DNA of 64,000 nucleotides from contig JAWXAQ010000008.1 in NCBI GenBank assembly GCA_034439575.1, positions 160,001-224,000 of the forward strand, in the 5' to 3' direction. Of the stretch, positions 19,766-29,612 are shown piece by piece. The DNA comes from Leptospira sp. Lineage in GTDB: Bacteria > Spirochaetota > Leptospiria > Leptospirales > Leptospiraceae. A program made the position numbers and the translations under genes. The notes beneath the pieces were generated by a model. That model did not search any database. It was not told where the DNA came from and saw nothing but the letters and a program-made list of their open reading frames with translations. Numbering within the stretch: position 1 is the stretch's first letter; each line of letters opens with the position of its first letter.

Positions 19766-21319
19766 TTAAGAATAGATTTTTTCTTTGGAAAATCTTCCTT
19801 TCAATTCAAATTCACCCAAATAAGTGAAATTCTTTTTCTCTGCATCAAGAAGTCCCATATAACAGGCTTCTGTGATCAACAATTCTTTCCCGAGGCCTTT
19901 GCAAAGACCTTCCACGCGCGAGGCTGTGTTCACAGTGTCACCAATTACGGTAAATTCCATGCGACTTAAGGATCCAATATTTCCTGCCAAAACTTGGCCT
20001 GTATGGATGCCGATACCCATACGGAGTTCTGGTAAACTTTCCGTAGCAAATTCTAAGTTCAGTTTTTTCAAGTTTTCCATCATTGAATAGGCGGTCTGTA
20101 GAGCTGTAGACACTGGGGAATTCAGTGGGATCGGAGTACCAAAAACGGCAAGGATCGCATCACCAATAAATTTATTGATAAATCCACCGTGAGTTTCTAC
20201 CGCATTGCTCATTTCTTGGAAGTAACGATTTAATATGTGCAATACTTGCGTGGGTGTGCGATTTTCCGAAAGTTTTGTAAAATCTCGTAAATCTGAAAAA
20301 AGTATAGTCGCCTCTACCGTTTTTCCACCTAAGCTCTGTTCGTTGTTTAGCAAATAATCACGAATCCTTGGGTCTACAATTCGACCAAAGGTATCTTTGA
20401 TTCTTTCTTTTTCAGCAAGTCCTTTCGTCATTTCGTTAATCGCATCACCGAGTACTCCGAATTCGTCTGAACTATGTATGACGACCCTAGTATTAAAATC
20501 TTGGTCTTTGATACGATACGTCGCATCTTCCATTAGGCGAAGAGGTGTGTGCATACTTTTTGCAAGTACATAAGAAATCATAAACGAGAGAATTAGCAAT
20601 ACGGCCGCTAGTTGGAATAAAATATCTGATTGAAATATAGATAAAAGATCTAGGATTTCAAGTTTTGAACGATTCATAATTCCAAAGAGGAGTAACAAAA
20701 CAGGAAATAGAGAGATGGAAGTCCAGACAAGAATATGTTTAGAAACAATCGAAAATCGTCTTGTGTTGGTATATTTCCCAAGGCCACCATCAGGAAAAAA
20801 ACAAGGAATCAATAAGAGTCGATTTAAGTAATCAACAGTGAAAAAAGAAAATGAAAAAACAAAGTAGCCCCAAAAACCAAAAACGATGAATAATAAAAAT
20901 AAACTTTGGCGACTCACATCTGGTATCAGATAGATCGTTCTAATTAAAGATAAGCTCGTTGCCATTTCCCATCCAATAAGTCCAAGCAAACTGATTAGAA
21001 AGGGAGAATTGATAAGTCTCCTCTTTGATATTTCAATTCGTTCATTTGACAGATGTTTGCCGATAACTAATTGTAAAATCGGATAACTATAAAATGTGAT
21101 AATGCCACTGACAATAGGAAAAGGAGCCCAATTGATAATCGCCATCCAGAAATCTTTGGAGGTCAAAATCAGATTAAAGAGAAGCAAATCCTTTTCAGGC
21201 AAAAACTGTGTGGAAGTATAATTTCCAAATAAGAGTGCGAAAAAATTGGAAAAGACAGGAATGATAAAAAAGATAAGGATGAATCCGGTGATGGTGAGAA
21301 TTTTATCGCTTGTTTTCAT
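19766..21319 (-). CDS. Membrane adenylate/guanylate cyclase with HAMP domain
   Basis: Multiple TMs; HAMP (DEFGVLGDAINEM); class III motifs LFSDLRDFT, NKFIGDAI, GIGIHTG, FTVIGDTVNTASRVE. Confidence 0.92.
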   Translation of the reverse strand: MKTSDKILTITGFILIFFIIPVFSNFFALLFGNYTSTQFLPEKDLLLFNLILTSKDFWMAIINWAPFPIVSGIITFYSYPILQLVIGKHLSNERIEISKRRLINSPFLISLLGLIGWEMATSLSLIRTIYLIPDVSRQSLFLLFIVFGFWGYFVFSFSFFTVDYLNRLLLIPCFFPDGGLGKYTNTRRFSIVSKHILVWTSISLFPVLLLLFGIMNRSKLEILDLLSIFQSDILFQLAAVLLILSFMISYVLAKSMHTPLRLMEDATYRIKDQDFNTRVVIHSSDEFGVLGDAINEMTKGLAEKERIKDTFGRIVDPRIRDYLLNNEQSLGGKTVEATILFSDLRDFTKLSENRTPTQVLHILNRYFQEMSNAVETHGGFINKFIGDAILAVFGTPIPLNSPVSTALQTAYSMMENLKKLNLEFATESLPELRMGIGIHTGQVLAGNIGSLSRMEFTVIGDTVNTASRVEGLCKGLGKELLITEACYMGLLDAEKKNFTYLGEFELKGRFSKEKIYS

Positions 21320-21331
21320 ATTTACGAAGTT

Positions 21332-22723
21332 TTAATTCGAACCATTTTGTTTTGATTTTAAAAGAACTTTCTGAATCGCGATATGTTTTTTATCCGTAAG
21401 CGGATAAAACAAAAATACTAAAGAGCCTGCGATAAAGAAAAAGCCTACTAGCGGTCCGAAGATCAATGCCAATCGAAATCCTACTTCCGGGATTTGAGTC
21501 ACAGCATTCTGATCGAAACCTATAAAATCCAACATAAATCCGGTCAGTGCGATTCCAATGGCCTGTGAAAACTTGACTCCCATTTTCCAAAATCCAAAAT
21601 AAATCCCTTCTCTTTTTTGTTTGGTTTTCCATTCATCATAGTCGACTACATCTGTTAGGAGAGAATCCATAATTAAAATGGACCCAGCCAATATACCGCC
21701 AAAGAAAGCGACGATGAGTGGTGGTCTGATCTCTCCATAGGGGAACAATGGATAGGCGATAACAGTCAACAATCCAAGAAGAAAGACTCCAAGAAATGCT
21801 GGAATTTTTTTACCAATTTTTTTTGATAACCAAACCCAAAATGGAATTGAAATCATAAGCACAAGAAAAAATGGGAGTAGGATATTGATCACAACATCTG
21901 ATTCTTTGAGACCCAGTCGATATTGATAATAATAAAGTGCAATCGCCGAATTGAATGTCCTACCAATCGTTGCAATGATGAAAGCCAGAAGTAAAGGAAG
22001 AAAAACCCTATTGTTTAAGATGGAACCCAAAGATTCAAAAAAGGACATTTCTTTTTTGGTATTTAATGGTACTATGTCTCTGTCTTTTGTTACCAAAAAT
22101 GAAATCATGGCTGAAATTAAAATAACTCCAGCTACTATTTCACTCGCGAAGGAACGTGACGCTTGTATATTTACCTTTGATGATTCATCACCTAATGATT
22201 GCAGGATGGCGGCTGGAACAAGCATTCCTACGAGCATTCCTATATTACTAAAAAATAATCTCCAACCAAATATGGATGTTCTTTCATTTCTTTCGAATGC
22301 GAGTTCTCCACCCAAAGCAATATGTGGAACTGATATGATGGTCATTGCCGTATTTACAGTTAAGTAGGCGATAAGTAGATACAAAAATTTGCCCATCTGG
22401 GAATGTATGTCAGGTGGTGAAAAAAGTAACAATATAGCTAGAGATAATAAAATACCTCCAATAAGTATATATGGCCTTCTTCTACCAAAACGAGATTTTG
22501 TTTTATCAGAAATATTTCCCATTAGGGGATCACTCACGCCATCCCACAAAATAGAAATTCCTAGAGCAATGCCAGCTAAACTTGGCATAAGTCCAACAAT
22601 TTCTGTATAATACTTTAAAAGATAAATTTGAGTCAGGAGTTGAACGGCCGTTATGCCAGTTTCAGCCATTCCGTAACCAAGTTTGACGGTTATATTAAGT
22701 GGTTTTTGGCTTATTTTTGGCAC
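21332..22723 (-). CDS. MFS transporter, glycoside-pentoside-hexuronide (MelB/GPH) family
   Basis: WDGVSDPLMGNISDKTKSRFGRRRPY, DVVDYDEWKTKQKREGIY; about 12 TMs. Confidence 0.9.
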   Translation of the reverse strand: MPKISQKPLNITVKLGYGMAETGITAVQLLTQIYLLKYYTEIVGLMPSLAGIALGISILWDGVSDPLMGNISDKTKSRFGRRRPYILIGGILLSLAILLLFSPPDIHSQMGKFLYLLIAYLTVNTAMTIISVPHIALGGELAFERNERTSIFGWRLFFSNIGMLVGMLVPAAILQSLGDESSKVNIQASRSFASEIVAGVILISAMISFLVTKDRDIVPLNTKKEMSFFESLGSILNNRVFLPLLLAFIIATIGRTFNSAIALYYYQYRLGLKESDVVINILLPFFLVLMISIPFWVWLSKKIGKKIPAFLGVFLLGLLTVIAYPLFPYGEIRPPLIVAFFGGILAGSILIMDSLLTDVVDYDEWKTKQKREGIYFGFWKMGVKFSQAIGIALTGFMLDFIGFDQNAVTQIPEVGFRLALIFGPLVGFFFIAGSLVFLFYPLTDKKHIAIQKVLLKSKQNGSN

Positions 22724-22771
22724 AATGTTTACTTGCTTATTTGACTAAAAAAGTCTGGAATTAAATTAAAT

Positions 22772-25042
22772 TTATTTAATAAAGTTTGCTAAACGAGCGA
22801 GATCATTGCTTGGGAAATTAAGAATTTCTAAGTCACGTAATATTCCTTTTGCCAGAGATTCATTGGAAGTTTTGAGGTATAAGTGAAATAAGTGGACTAA
22901 ATATTTTGATTTTTTCGGTGATTTGTTTCGTATGCGCTCTGCAATTATGAGCGCATCCTTTATGTTTCCAGTTTTTTTGTACAACTTAGAAGTAAAATAT
23001 GTAAAGTCATCATCCTCTGGATGAGTTTTAAGATATAATTCTGCATGTTTTGTTGCCGATATAAAATCAGAATTTTGATAATACAATTTTGCTAAGTCTT
23101 TTTGTAAACGAGAAGAGGCTAATGGCTCTGAATTGATTATGTTTTGAAGTAGGTCTATAGATTCGGCCGCCTTACCTTTGAGATAAAGACGTTTCGCTTC
23201 TTTAAATTTATTTTTCCCTTCTAATGATAGTATGGTTTTTTTTCGAGAATTTCCCATGTACTCAATACGAATCACAGAGATGTCATCAATTATGATTCCA
23301 CTTTCACTTAACAATTGAAATATGTAATTTGGATCGCCTTTTGCATGTTCTACGATATTCAGATAAAACTTATCATCCAAGTTTACCTCAGGCTCATTCC
23401 CATTTTGCGAGATCATGATATCATCTTTTCCATCAGATCCAGCAAAGATCATATCACCTTGTGCGAGTTGGATTTGTTTTACTTGGATATCGGGTTGGCT
23501 TCCTAATGTGCCCAATTTGTGATAAACAAAATCCGGTGTGATATATGAAGCTTTTCCATCTCGGTATAAAACTGGCAGTGGGTGTTCTGCACTTAAAAAA
23601 TATAAAATTCCAGATTCTTCCTCGATGAGTCCTATCACCATGGAAACTAACATAGTACCATCAAAAGCTTCGAATATCCTTTGCATTTCTATAAATGAGG
23701 ATGCGAGCCATTGGTCTGGAGAAACGTTTTGAAAATTCAGATTTCCTTTTGTTCTTTGAACTAACGATTGGAAGACGGCTCCAAAAACAAGAGCACCGCC
23801 TGCTCCTTGCATAGATTTTCCCATAGCGTCTGCGTTTACAAACAGAACATATTTTTTATCAAGTAGCGTTATTGTATGTGCAACATTTAGATCGCCACCT
23901 ATATCATATTCTTTGCCTTTGAATTCAAAGGATTTTTTTTGTTTTAAGAGAAAATCAATTTGAATTTTGTTGCTTTTGACATCCAAGAACCCTAAAGGAT
24001 TTAAAAGTTGATATGTTAAAAAGTAATCTCCATCTTGTTGGAATTTTAATTTTCTAACTTCTTGCAATGATTTGTTTAATTCTTCTGTTCTTTGAACAAC
24101 TTTTTCTTCGAGACCCTCATTGAGCCCTCTAATTTCTGCGTACATCCCTCTGAGTTTTTGTATAACGCTGCTCAAAAAAAATGCCTGTTGACCAAAGTCA
24201 TCACCTGATGTTGGTGTGACGACAACATCAAAATTTCCTTTGGCCAATTCGTCCAAAGATTTACTAGTTTCTGTTAGGCCCTGACGAACTGTTTTCGCTA
24301 CAACATAAGAACAAACGATCAATGGAACGATAAAGATACTTGAAACAATGACAATGGGTATCAGAGGCTCTTCTACCATCGTTTCGCCTTTCGCCACAGA
24401 ATATAATAAGTAGGACAGTACCGAAACGGGCAATGCCGCCAAACTAAAAAAAGCGAGGACTATTCTTTTGAAATAATCAAATTTAGGAATTTCATCTGGT
24501 TTAATTTCTATATTCTTAATTTGAGGGAATTCGAATAAAGGTCTAAGTGCATTCTCTGTGATAAAATAATACGTCACAAAGGAAATAGGAGGGATCATAG
24601 CGATTGTAAAAATCCCTGATCGTATAACGGATGGAGTATATTCGACTAAATAAGTATATAACGAAACAATCGGTATAACACCAGCAAACCATCTTATAAC
24701 TATGATTATAGCTTCTATAAGTGGATATTTAAATATATATAATTTTACCGATTTAGCGTAGTCTTTGTCTTTGTAAGTATAATCAATGTTTGATTTTTCA
24801 TCGTACAGTTTAATTCTTTGAATTTTTTCAAATAAATTTTTTACAAGAAAGTAACGAATGATAGTTCCAAGAATACCGATACCAGTCGCAAAAAACAAAC
24901 ATAAGGATACAAAAATGATCCATTTCTCTGTTTCCATCTTTTGAGTGATGACAGCATAATAAACTGCAAACGGAACAGGGACTGTATGTGTAAATGCCTC
25001 AAGCCGAAGCGTGAGTTCCCAGAATAGGTTTTTTCTGTTCAC
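22772..25042 (-). CDS. Membrane SpoIIE/PP2C phosphatase with HAMP-like linker and C-terminal TPRs (paralog 2)
   Basis: TM sensor region, QQDGDYFLT, IGGDL, DAMGKSMQGAGGAL, AEHP, GSDGKDD, DDIS; helical TPR-like tail. Confidence 0.88.
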   Translation of the reverse strand: MNRKNLFWELTLRLEAFTHTVPVPFAVYYAVITQKMETEKWIIFVSLCLFFATGIGILGTIIRYFLVKNLFEKIQRIKLYDEKSNIDYTYKDKDYAKSVKLYIFKYPLIEAIIIVIRWFAGVIPIVSLYTYLVEYTPSVIRSGIFTIAMIPPISFVTYYFITENALRPLFEFPQIKNIEIKPDEIPKFDYFKRIVLAFFSLAALPVSVLSYLLYSVAKGETMVEEPLIPIVIVSSIFIVPLIVCSYVVAKTVRQGLTETSKSLDELAKGNFDVVVTPTSGDDFGQQAFFLSSVIQKLRGMYAEIRGLNEGLEEKVVQRTEELNKSLQEVRKLKFQQDGDYFLTYQLLNPLGFLDVKSNKIQIDFLLKQKKSFEFKGKEYDIGGDLNVAHTITLLDKKYVLFVNADAMGKSMQGAGGALVFGAVFQSLVQRTKGNLNFQNVSPDQWLASSFIEMQRIFEAFDGTMLVSMVIGLIEEESGILYFLSAEHPLPVLYRDGKASYITPDFVYHKLGTLGSQPDIQVKQIQLAQGDMIFAGSDGKDDIMISQNGNEPEVNLDDKFYLNIVEHAKGDPNYIFQLLSESGIIIDDISVIRIEYMGNSRKKTILSLEGKNKFKEAKRLYLKGKAAESIDLLQNIINSEPLASSRLQKDLAKLYYQNSDFISATKHAELYLKTHPEDDDFTYFTSKLYKKTGNIKDALIIAERIRNKSPKKSKYLVHLFHLYLKTSNESLAKGILRDLEILNFPSNDLARLANFIK

Positions 25043-25083
25043 ATTGCCACCACCTTTATTATCGGTGGTAAGCTAGGATTAAC

Positions 25084-27414
25084 TTAGGACACCGATTTTC
25101 TTATTAGAGCGAGTTTAAGTTTTTTCCATTTTTCATCTTGCTCGGGACTCATATTTTCTTTGCATTCATTCAGAATAGACTGAGCTCTTGGAATATTTCC
25201 ACTCATTAAATAAAGTCGAATCAAATGAAATTTATTTTTTATTTGATTTGGATCTCTGAGTCGTATTCGTTCTGCAATTTCTATGGCCTGGATCGTATTA
25301 CCTGCTTTTCGCCACAAATTGGAAGTAAGCTCCATAAAACTCAAGTCATTTGGGTGAGAATCCATATAGGCTTGCGCATGTTCTGCTGCCCTAGCAAAAT
25401 CTTTGCTTTTGAAAAGAAGTTTTGCCAGTAGTTTATGTAACTTTGAATGTGTGTGTGGATATTCGAATAATAATTGTTTTAAGGAATCTATGGCTTGGTT
25501 TATATTTCCTGCCTCGGCGATTCTTTTGGCATCGACATATGATTTTATAAATTTTTGTTCTACTTTCAAAGAAGGTTTTCCGAAAAATTCAATCCTGACT
25601 ATGGACAAATCATCTGTGATTTCACCAGCTTTTTTTAATTCATCGTATAAATATGTTAGATTAGCGTTGGATACTTCTATGTATTTCAGAATCAAATTTT
25701 CATCATGATTGATGATTCTTTCGGGACCAAATTGGTTCGATTCGTATAACACTAGATCATCTTTGCCATCGGAACCAGAAAATAATATATCGTTTGGTTG
25801 TAATTGATACGTTTTTATAAATACTCCAGATTTAATTCCTTTTGTTCCTAACTTCCTATAACTAAGTTCAGTTTCGATAAAGGATGCTCTTCCATCACGA
25901 TATAAGATGAGCCAAGGATGTTCTGCATTAATAAAATATAAAAAGCCAGTTTCCTCTTCGATAAGACCTATGATCAAAGAGACCAACATACTTCCATCGA
26001 ATCCTTCAAAGATTTTATGCATCTCAACAAAGGCATTTTTTAACCAGCGTTCGGGTGATTGCGAAAATGTAACCGATGACAATTGTGTTCTTTCTATAAT
26101 TGATTGGAATACAGCACCTAACACTAATGCACCACCAGCGCCTTGCATTGATTTTCCCATAGCATCGGAGTTTACGAAAACCGTATATTTTTTACCCTGC
26201 AAATGTATATTATGTGCTATATTTAAATCACCGCCTATTTCGTATTCTTTACCTTTGAATTCGAATTTCTTTTTCTGGCGAATTAAAAATTGTATATTAA
26301 TTCTTTCGCTTGATACTTGGTTTTTTCCCAAAGGTTTTAGTAATAAATGCGTTAAAAAATAATCTCCGTCTTGTTGGAATTTTAATGCGTTAACTTCGGA
26401 TAAAGTTTTTTCGAGTTCTACTGTGCGTTCTTTTACTTTTGATTCTAAACCTATGTTTAAAGTAAATATTTCAGTATACATCGTGTTCAATTGTTCTATA
26501 ACACGATTCATATGAAAAGATTGTTGTCCAAAATCATCGCCAGAAGATGGCATCGAAACAACAGTGAAATTTCCTTTTGCTAATTCATCTAACAATTTAC
26601 TCGTTTCACGAATGCCTGTGCGAACAGCCTTAGCGACTAAGTATGCTACAAAGACCAATGGGAGGACAAAAATTCCGCCAATAAGTGAGACCTGCAAAAG
26701 TGGATTTTTGACAAGCATATTTCCGTTTGCGACAGATATGAGCATATAACTTAAAACTGTTACAGGCATAGCAACTAAAGAGAAAAATGAAATTAAGATA
26801 CGTTTGAAATAGTCAAATTTCGGAATTTCTGATGGTTCAATCTTAATTGGTCGAATCACGCTCAGATTAAAGATATTTCGAAAAGAATTTTCAGTTATAA
26901 AATAATAAGCTACAAATGAAATCGGCGGGATCATGATTAGGAAAGATAAACATGTAGTCCATAATTCGGGTCGATATAGATTAAATAATGGAGTTAGAAC
27001 AAATATCAAACTAACACCGATAAACCAGCGCAAGATGATGACAATGCCTTCATGAAAAGGATATCGAAAAAGGAATAGTTTTATACTTTTTGCTTTATTA
27101 TAATATTCTTCTTTTTTGGTGGATAATTCTACTTCTCCAAGATTGTGATAATTTTCATTCAGTTCTTTTTCATTTTTTTTTAATGTATCTATTTCTAATG
27201 AAAGTTTATTTATGATTTTGTATCTCCATAGACATCCCCCTAAAACCATAAGTAAGCCACTGGAACAGCAAAGTAATATGAACTTTATCCACTCATCAAT
27301 GCTATATTTTTGAGTGATGGAAGCCATATAAATTGCGAAGGGGACTGGAACTAGATGAGTAAATGCCTCGAGCCGTAAAGAAAGAGGTAAAAAGGTAGTT
27401 TTAAACATAGACAA
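25084..27414 (-). CDS. Membrane SpoIIE/PP2C phosphatase with HAMP-like linker and C-terminal TPRs (paralog 1)
   Basis: Same motifs and order as 22772..25042 (LRLEAFTH, EIPKFDYFKRI, SGDDFGQQ, QQDGDYFLT, DAMGKSMQGAGGAL, DDLS). Confidence 0.88.
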   Translation of the reverse strand: MSMFKTTFLPLSLRLEAFTHLVPVPFAIYMASITQKYSIDEWIKFILLCCSSGLLMVLGGCLWRYKIINKLSLEIDTLKKNEKELNENYHNLGEVELSTKKEEYYNKAKSIKLFLFRYPFHEGIVIILRWFIGVSLIFVLTPLFNLYRPELWTTCLSFLIMIPPISFVAYYFITENSFRNIFNLSVIRPIKIEPSEIPKFDYFKRILISFFSLVAMPVTVLSYMLISVANGNMLVKNPLLQVSLIGGIFVLPLVFVAYLVAKAVRTGIRETSKLLDELAKGNFTVVSMPSSGDDFGQQSFHMNRVIEQLNTMYTEIFTLNIGLESKVKERTVELEKTLSEVNALKFQQDGDYFLTHLLLKPLGKNQVSSERINIQFLIRQKKKFEFKGKEYEIGGDLNIAHNIHLQGKKYTVFVNSDAMGKSMQGAGGALVLGAVFQSIIERTQLSSVTFSQSPERWLKNAFVEMHKIFEGFDGSMLVSLIIGLIEEETGFLYFINAEHPWLILYRDGRASFIETELSYRKLGTKGIKSGVFIKTYQLQPNDILFSGSDGKDDLVLYESNQFGPERIINHDENLILKYIEVSNANLTYLYDELKKAGEITDDLSIVRIEFFGKPSLKVEQKFIKSYVDAKRIAEAGNINQAIDSLKQLLFEYPHTHSKLHKLLAKLLFKSKDFARAAEHAQAYMDSHPNDLSFMELTSNLWRKAGNTIQAIEIAERIRLRDPNQIKNKFHLIRLYLMSGNIPRAQSILNECKENMSPEQDEKWKKLKLALIRKSVS

Positions 27415-27619
27415 TCTTGAATTATTGAAAAAATGCTACTTTAGGTCGAATATGTCAAGGTATTCATTACAACTTGCGTAGATATATTATATACCCTAAA
27501 TTGATTAAGTAAAAGGGAAAGTTCTAACTCGATAAGCAAATTGAAATGATGATATTTTTTATAAGAATTTTTGTCTTAAATTTTAGAAGTTTTCTATCTC
27601 CATTCTACTTTGGGATATA

Positions 27620-27647
27620 AATTAGCATAATGTATGTTATGTGAACA
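27620..27647 (+). other. dif-like (XerC/XerD) recombination site
   Basis: AATTAGCATAA-TGTATG-TTATGTGAACA versus E. coli dif GGTGCGCATAA-TGTATA-TTATGTTAAAT: 20/28 identical, with the inner 18 bp matching at 17 positions and an 11-6-11 layout. Confidence 0.55.
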
Positions 27648-27857
27648 TTGTATTATCGCATTCGTCGAAATAAATCATTTCGATTAGTAAATACATTTAT
27701 TCACCTGATAGCTTACCGGAAGGAATCTTGAAAAATTGATTCAAGTTTAAAATTTACAAATGTGAGGGCTAAGTATATTCCCTTCAGGATAGCTAGATAT
27801 CTTCAATCATGGTAACCTCATAGTTTAAATCATATTTAGTTGAAAATTATCAGCATC

Positions 27858-29117
27858 ATGAGATTCAAAGATTTGCCAATTCAGTTTATTTTTATATTCA
27901 TTTGCATTATTTTCTTCTTTCATTCTTGTTCACCTAGCAAAAGTTCATCTTCAGAAGATTATCTTAGCCCCCTTCTTGCGGGAAATATAACAAACGTCAA
28001 TCAAACTACCAATTCCAGTTCGAATGTCTTCAGTATCAATTCCATCTCACCTAATGATGGCGCTACAGATGTAGGAATACTTCCAACAATACAGATGTAT
28101 TTTTCTTCTTCACTAGATACATCAACGATTCGCACAACATCTACATTAGGTGAATGTAGTGGGAATATACATTTTGGTCAAATAGGTTTGTCCACTTGTC
28201 TACCTATAGAAATCATTTCCAATACTGGGATATCTGGTGAATTGAGATTGAAACCACTAGAACCCTTGGCTTATGGCACAACTTATGAATTGTATCTTAA
28301 AAATAAAATAAAGGACTCGGCGGGAAATTTCCTTTCGAGTGAAAAACGAATTAAATTTCGAACCACAGAAATAAATAGCATCAGCCCGACATATACTTTG
28401 GATACCACGAGTATCAAAGCAGGAATTGATTCTCCCTTAACATTTTCGATTTATCCAAATAGTGATACAAAATCCGTACGAAGTGTAACTGTCACTTTCG
28501 CGGCATCCCCGGGCCCTCGTCCAAAATACAATGGTTTAAATGATTATTCAATCGATTACCCTGTAGTAAGACTTGGCGAAAGACGACAATTTATTTTGAA
28601 TCCTGGTGGATTCACACCTTCACTGATTGATACTGCTACATACCAACCTGGTATGACTTGGGGCTTTGGTATCTCGGCCATATTTCATGATGGAAGTCGC
28701 AGTTCTGTTGGAATAAACGTTCCTGTTGTTAAAAATCTTCCGAATGTAACAGGCTCGATATATACGATAAAACTTATGGGATTTACGGACGATTGGGTTC
28801 CTGCGGCCAACGAATATCAAAGTATAGGCGATTGGAAAATTTGGTTAAGAATCAGGTATCCTGATTCTGGAATTGTATTTGAAACGCAAAAGCAATCCTT
28901 AGCTTATAGCACTCACGTTCTCATTCGACCCACACCTGGGGATACTAGAGAAGAGATTACGATTTACTTTGATAGTGATGGGGATGATGTTCCGAATTAC
29001 CAAAAAGTGATCCCATCCTCAATCTCTTTTACACAAGGAACCTATGGGGATCTTTCCCAGTTCTATGTTTTTTATGGTGAAGTCATAAATGGAAATATGA
29101 ATTTAATCGTAGAGTAG
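27858..29117 (+). CDS. Surface lipoprotein with bacterial Ig-like (Big_5-type) domain
   Basis: Lipobox FHSC; ISPNDGATDVG...IQMYFSSSLD...LKPLEPLAYGTTYEL...IKDSAGNFL is a typical Big_5 pattern; likely start MRFKDL at 27858. Confidence 0.8.
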   Translation: MRFKDLPIQFIFIFICIIFFFHSCSPSKSSSSEDYLSPLLAGNITNVNQTTNSSSNVFSINSISPNDGATDVGILPTIQMYFSSSLDTSTIRTTSTLGECSGNIHFGQIGLSTCLPIEIISNTGISGELRLKPLEPLAYGTTYELYLKNKIKDSAGNFLSSEKRIKFRTTEINSISPTYTLDTTSIKAGIDSPLTFSIYPNSDTKSVRSVTVTFAASPGPRPKYNGLNDYSIDYPVVRLGERRQFILNPGGFTPSLIDTATYQPGMTWGFGISAIFHDGSRSSVGINVPVVKNLPNVTGSIYTIKLMGFTDDWVPAANEYQSIGDWKIWLRIRYPDSGIVFETQKQSLAYSTHVLIRPTPGDTREEITIYFDSDGDDVPNYQKVIPSSISFTQGTYGDLSQFYVFYGEVINGNMNLIVE

Positions 29118-29173
29118 TCAGATGATTGAAGTTAAACGACGAAAGCGAGAACTTTTAAATAAGACAAAGAAGA

Positions 29174-29611
29174 TTAATCTTCTTCGTCCCATCCAATTGA
29201 AAATACAGAACCAGCAATGATGGCGTAAAGAGTTTGGAACCCAGCCCATACCCACCAAATAAGCGTTGGAGCAACATTTGTAAGGCTTGTTAGCACCAAA
29301 GTCACACCCATATTGGCTGTGATGGCATACACGATTCCAAAAAGAATTCCACCGACGAGACCATTCGGTAAACTAGGGCGCGCATACACATAGAGGATTG
29401 CCAAAAATAATGTCTGTATTAAATCACCGGCAATAGGGCCGATCCAATATACATCAGAGACGGGTACAAATATTCCACGCAAACTCGGGTCAAAATAAAA
29501 TTTAGAAAAGAATAACATGCGTAAGGGGATGCTGATTGCTTCCCAAAACGCGAATGCCAAAAGGAATCGGACGAGTATCCGATTCCATGTTTCTGTTTTT
29601 GGCGAATTCAT
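29174..29611 (-). CDS. Four-TM hypothetical membrane protein
   Basis: Likely start MNSPK at 29611, 1 nt after the thiolase stop; four hydrophobic helices. Confidence 0.75.
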   Translation of the reverse strand: MNSPKTETWNRILVRFLLAFAFWEAISIPLRMLFFSKFYFDPSLRGIFVPVSDVYWIGPIAGDLIQTLFLAILYVYARPSLPNGLVGGILFGIVYAITANMGVTLVLTSLTNVAPTLIWWVWAGFQTLYAIIAGSVFSIGWDEED

Positions 29612-29612
29612 C

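Noticed and set aside
27173-27181. T9 homopolymer in a SpoIIE gene as a phase-variation tract
   Set aside because: It encodes ordinary Lys codons in an intact frame; such runs are common in this AT-rich DNA.
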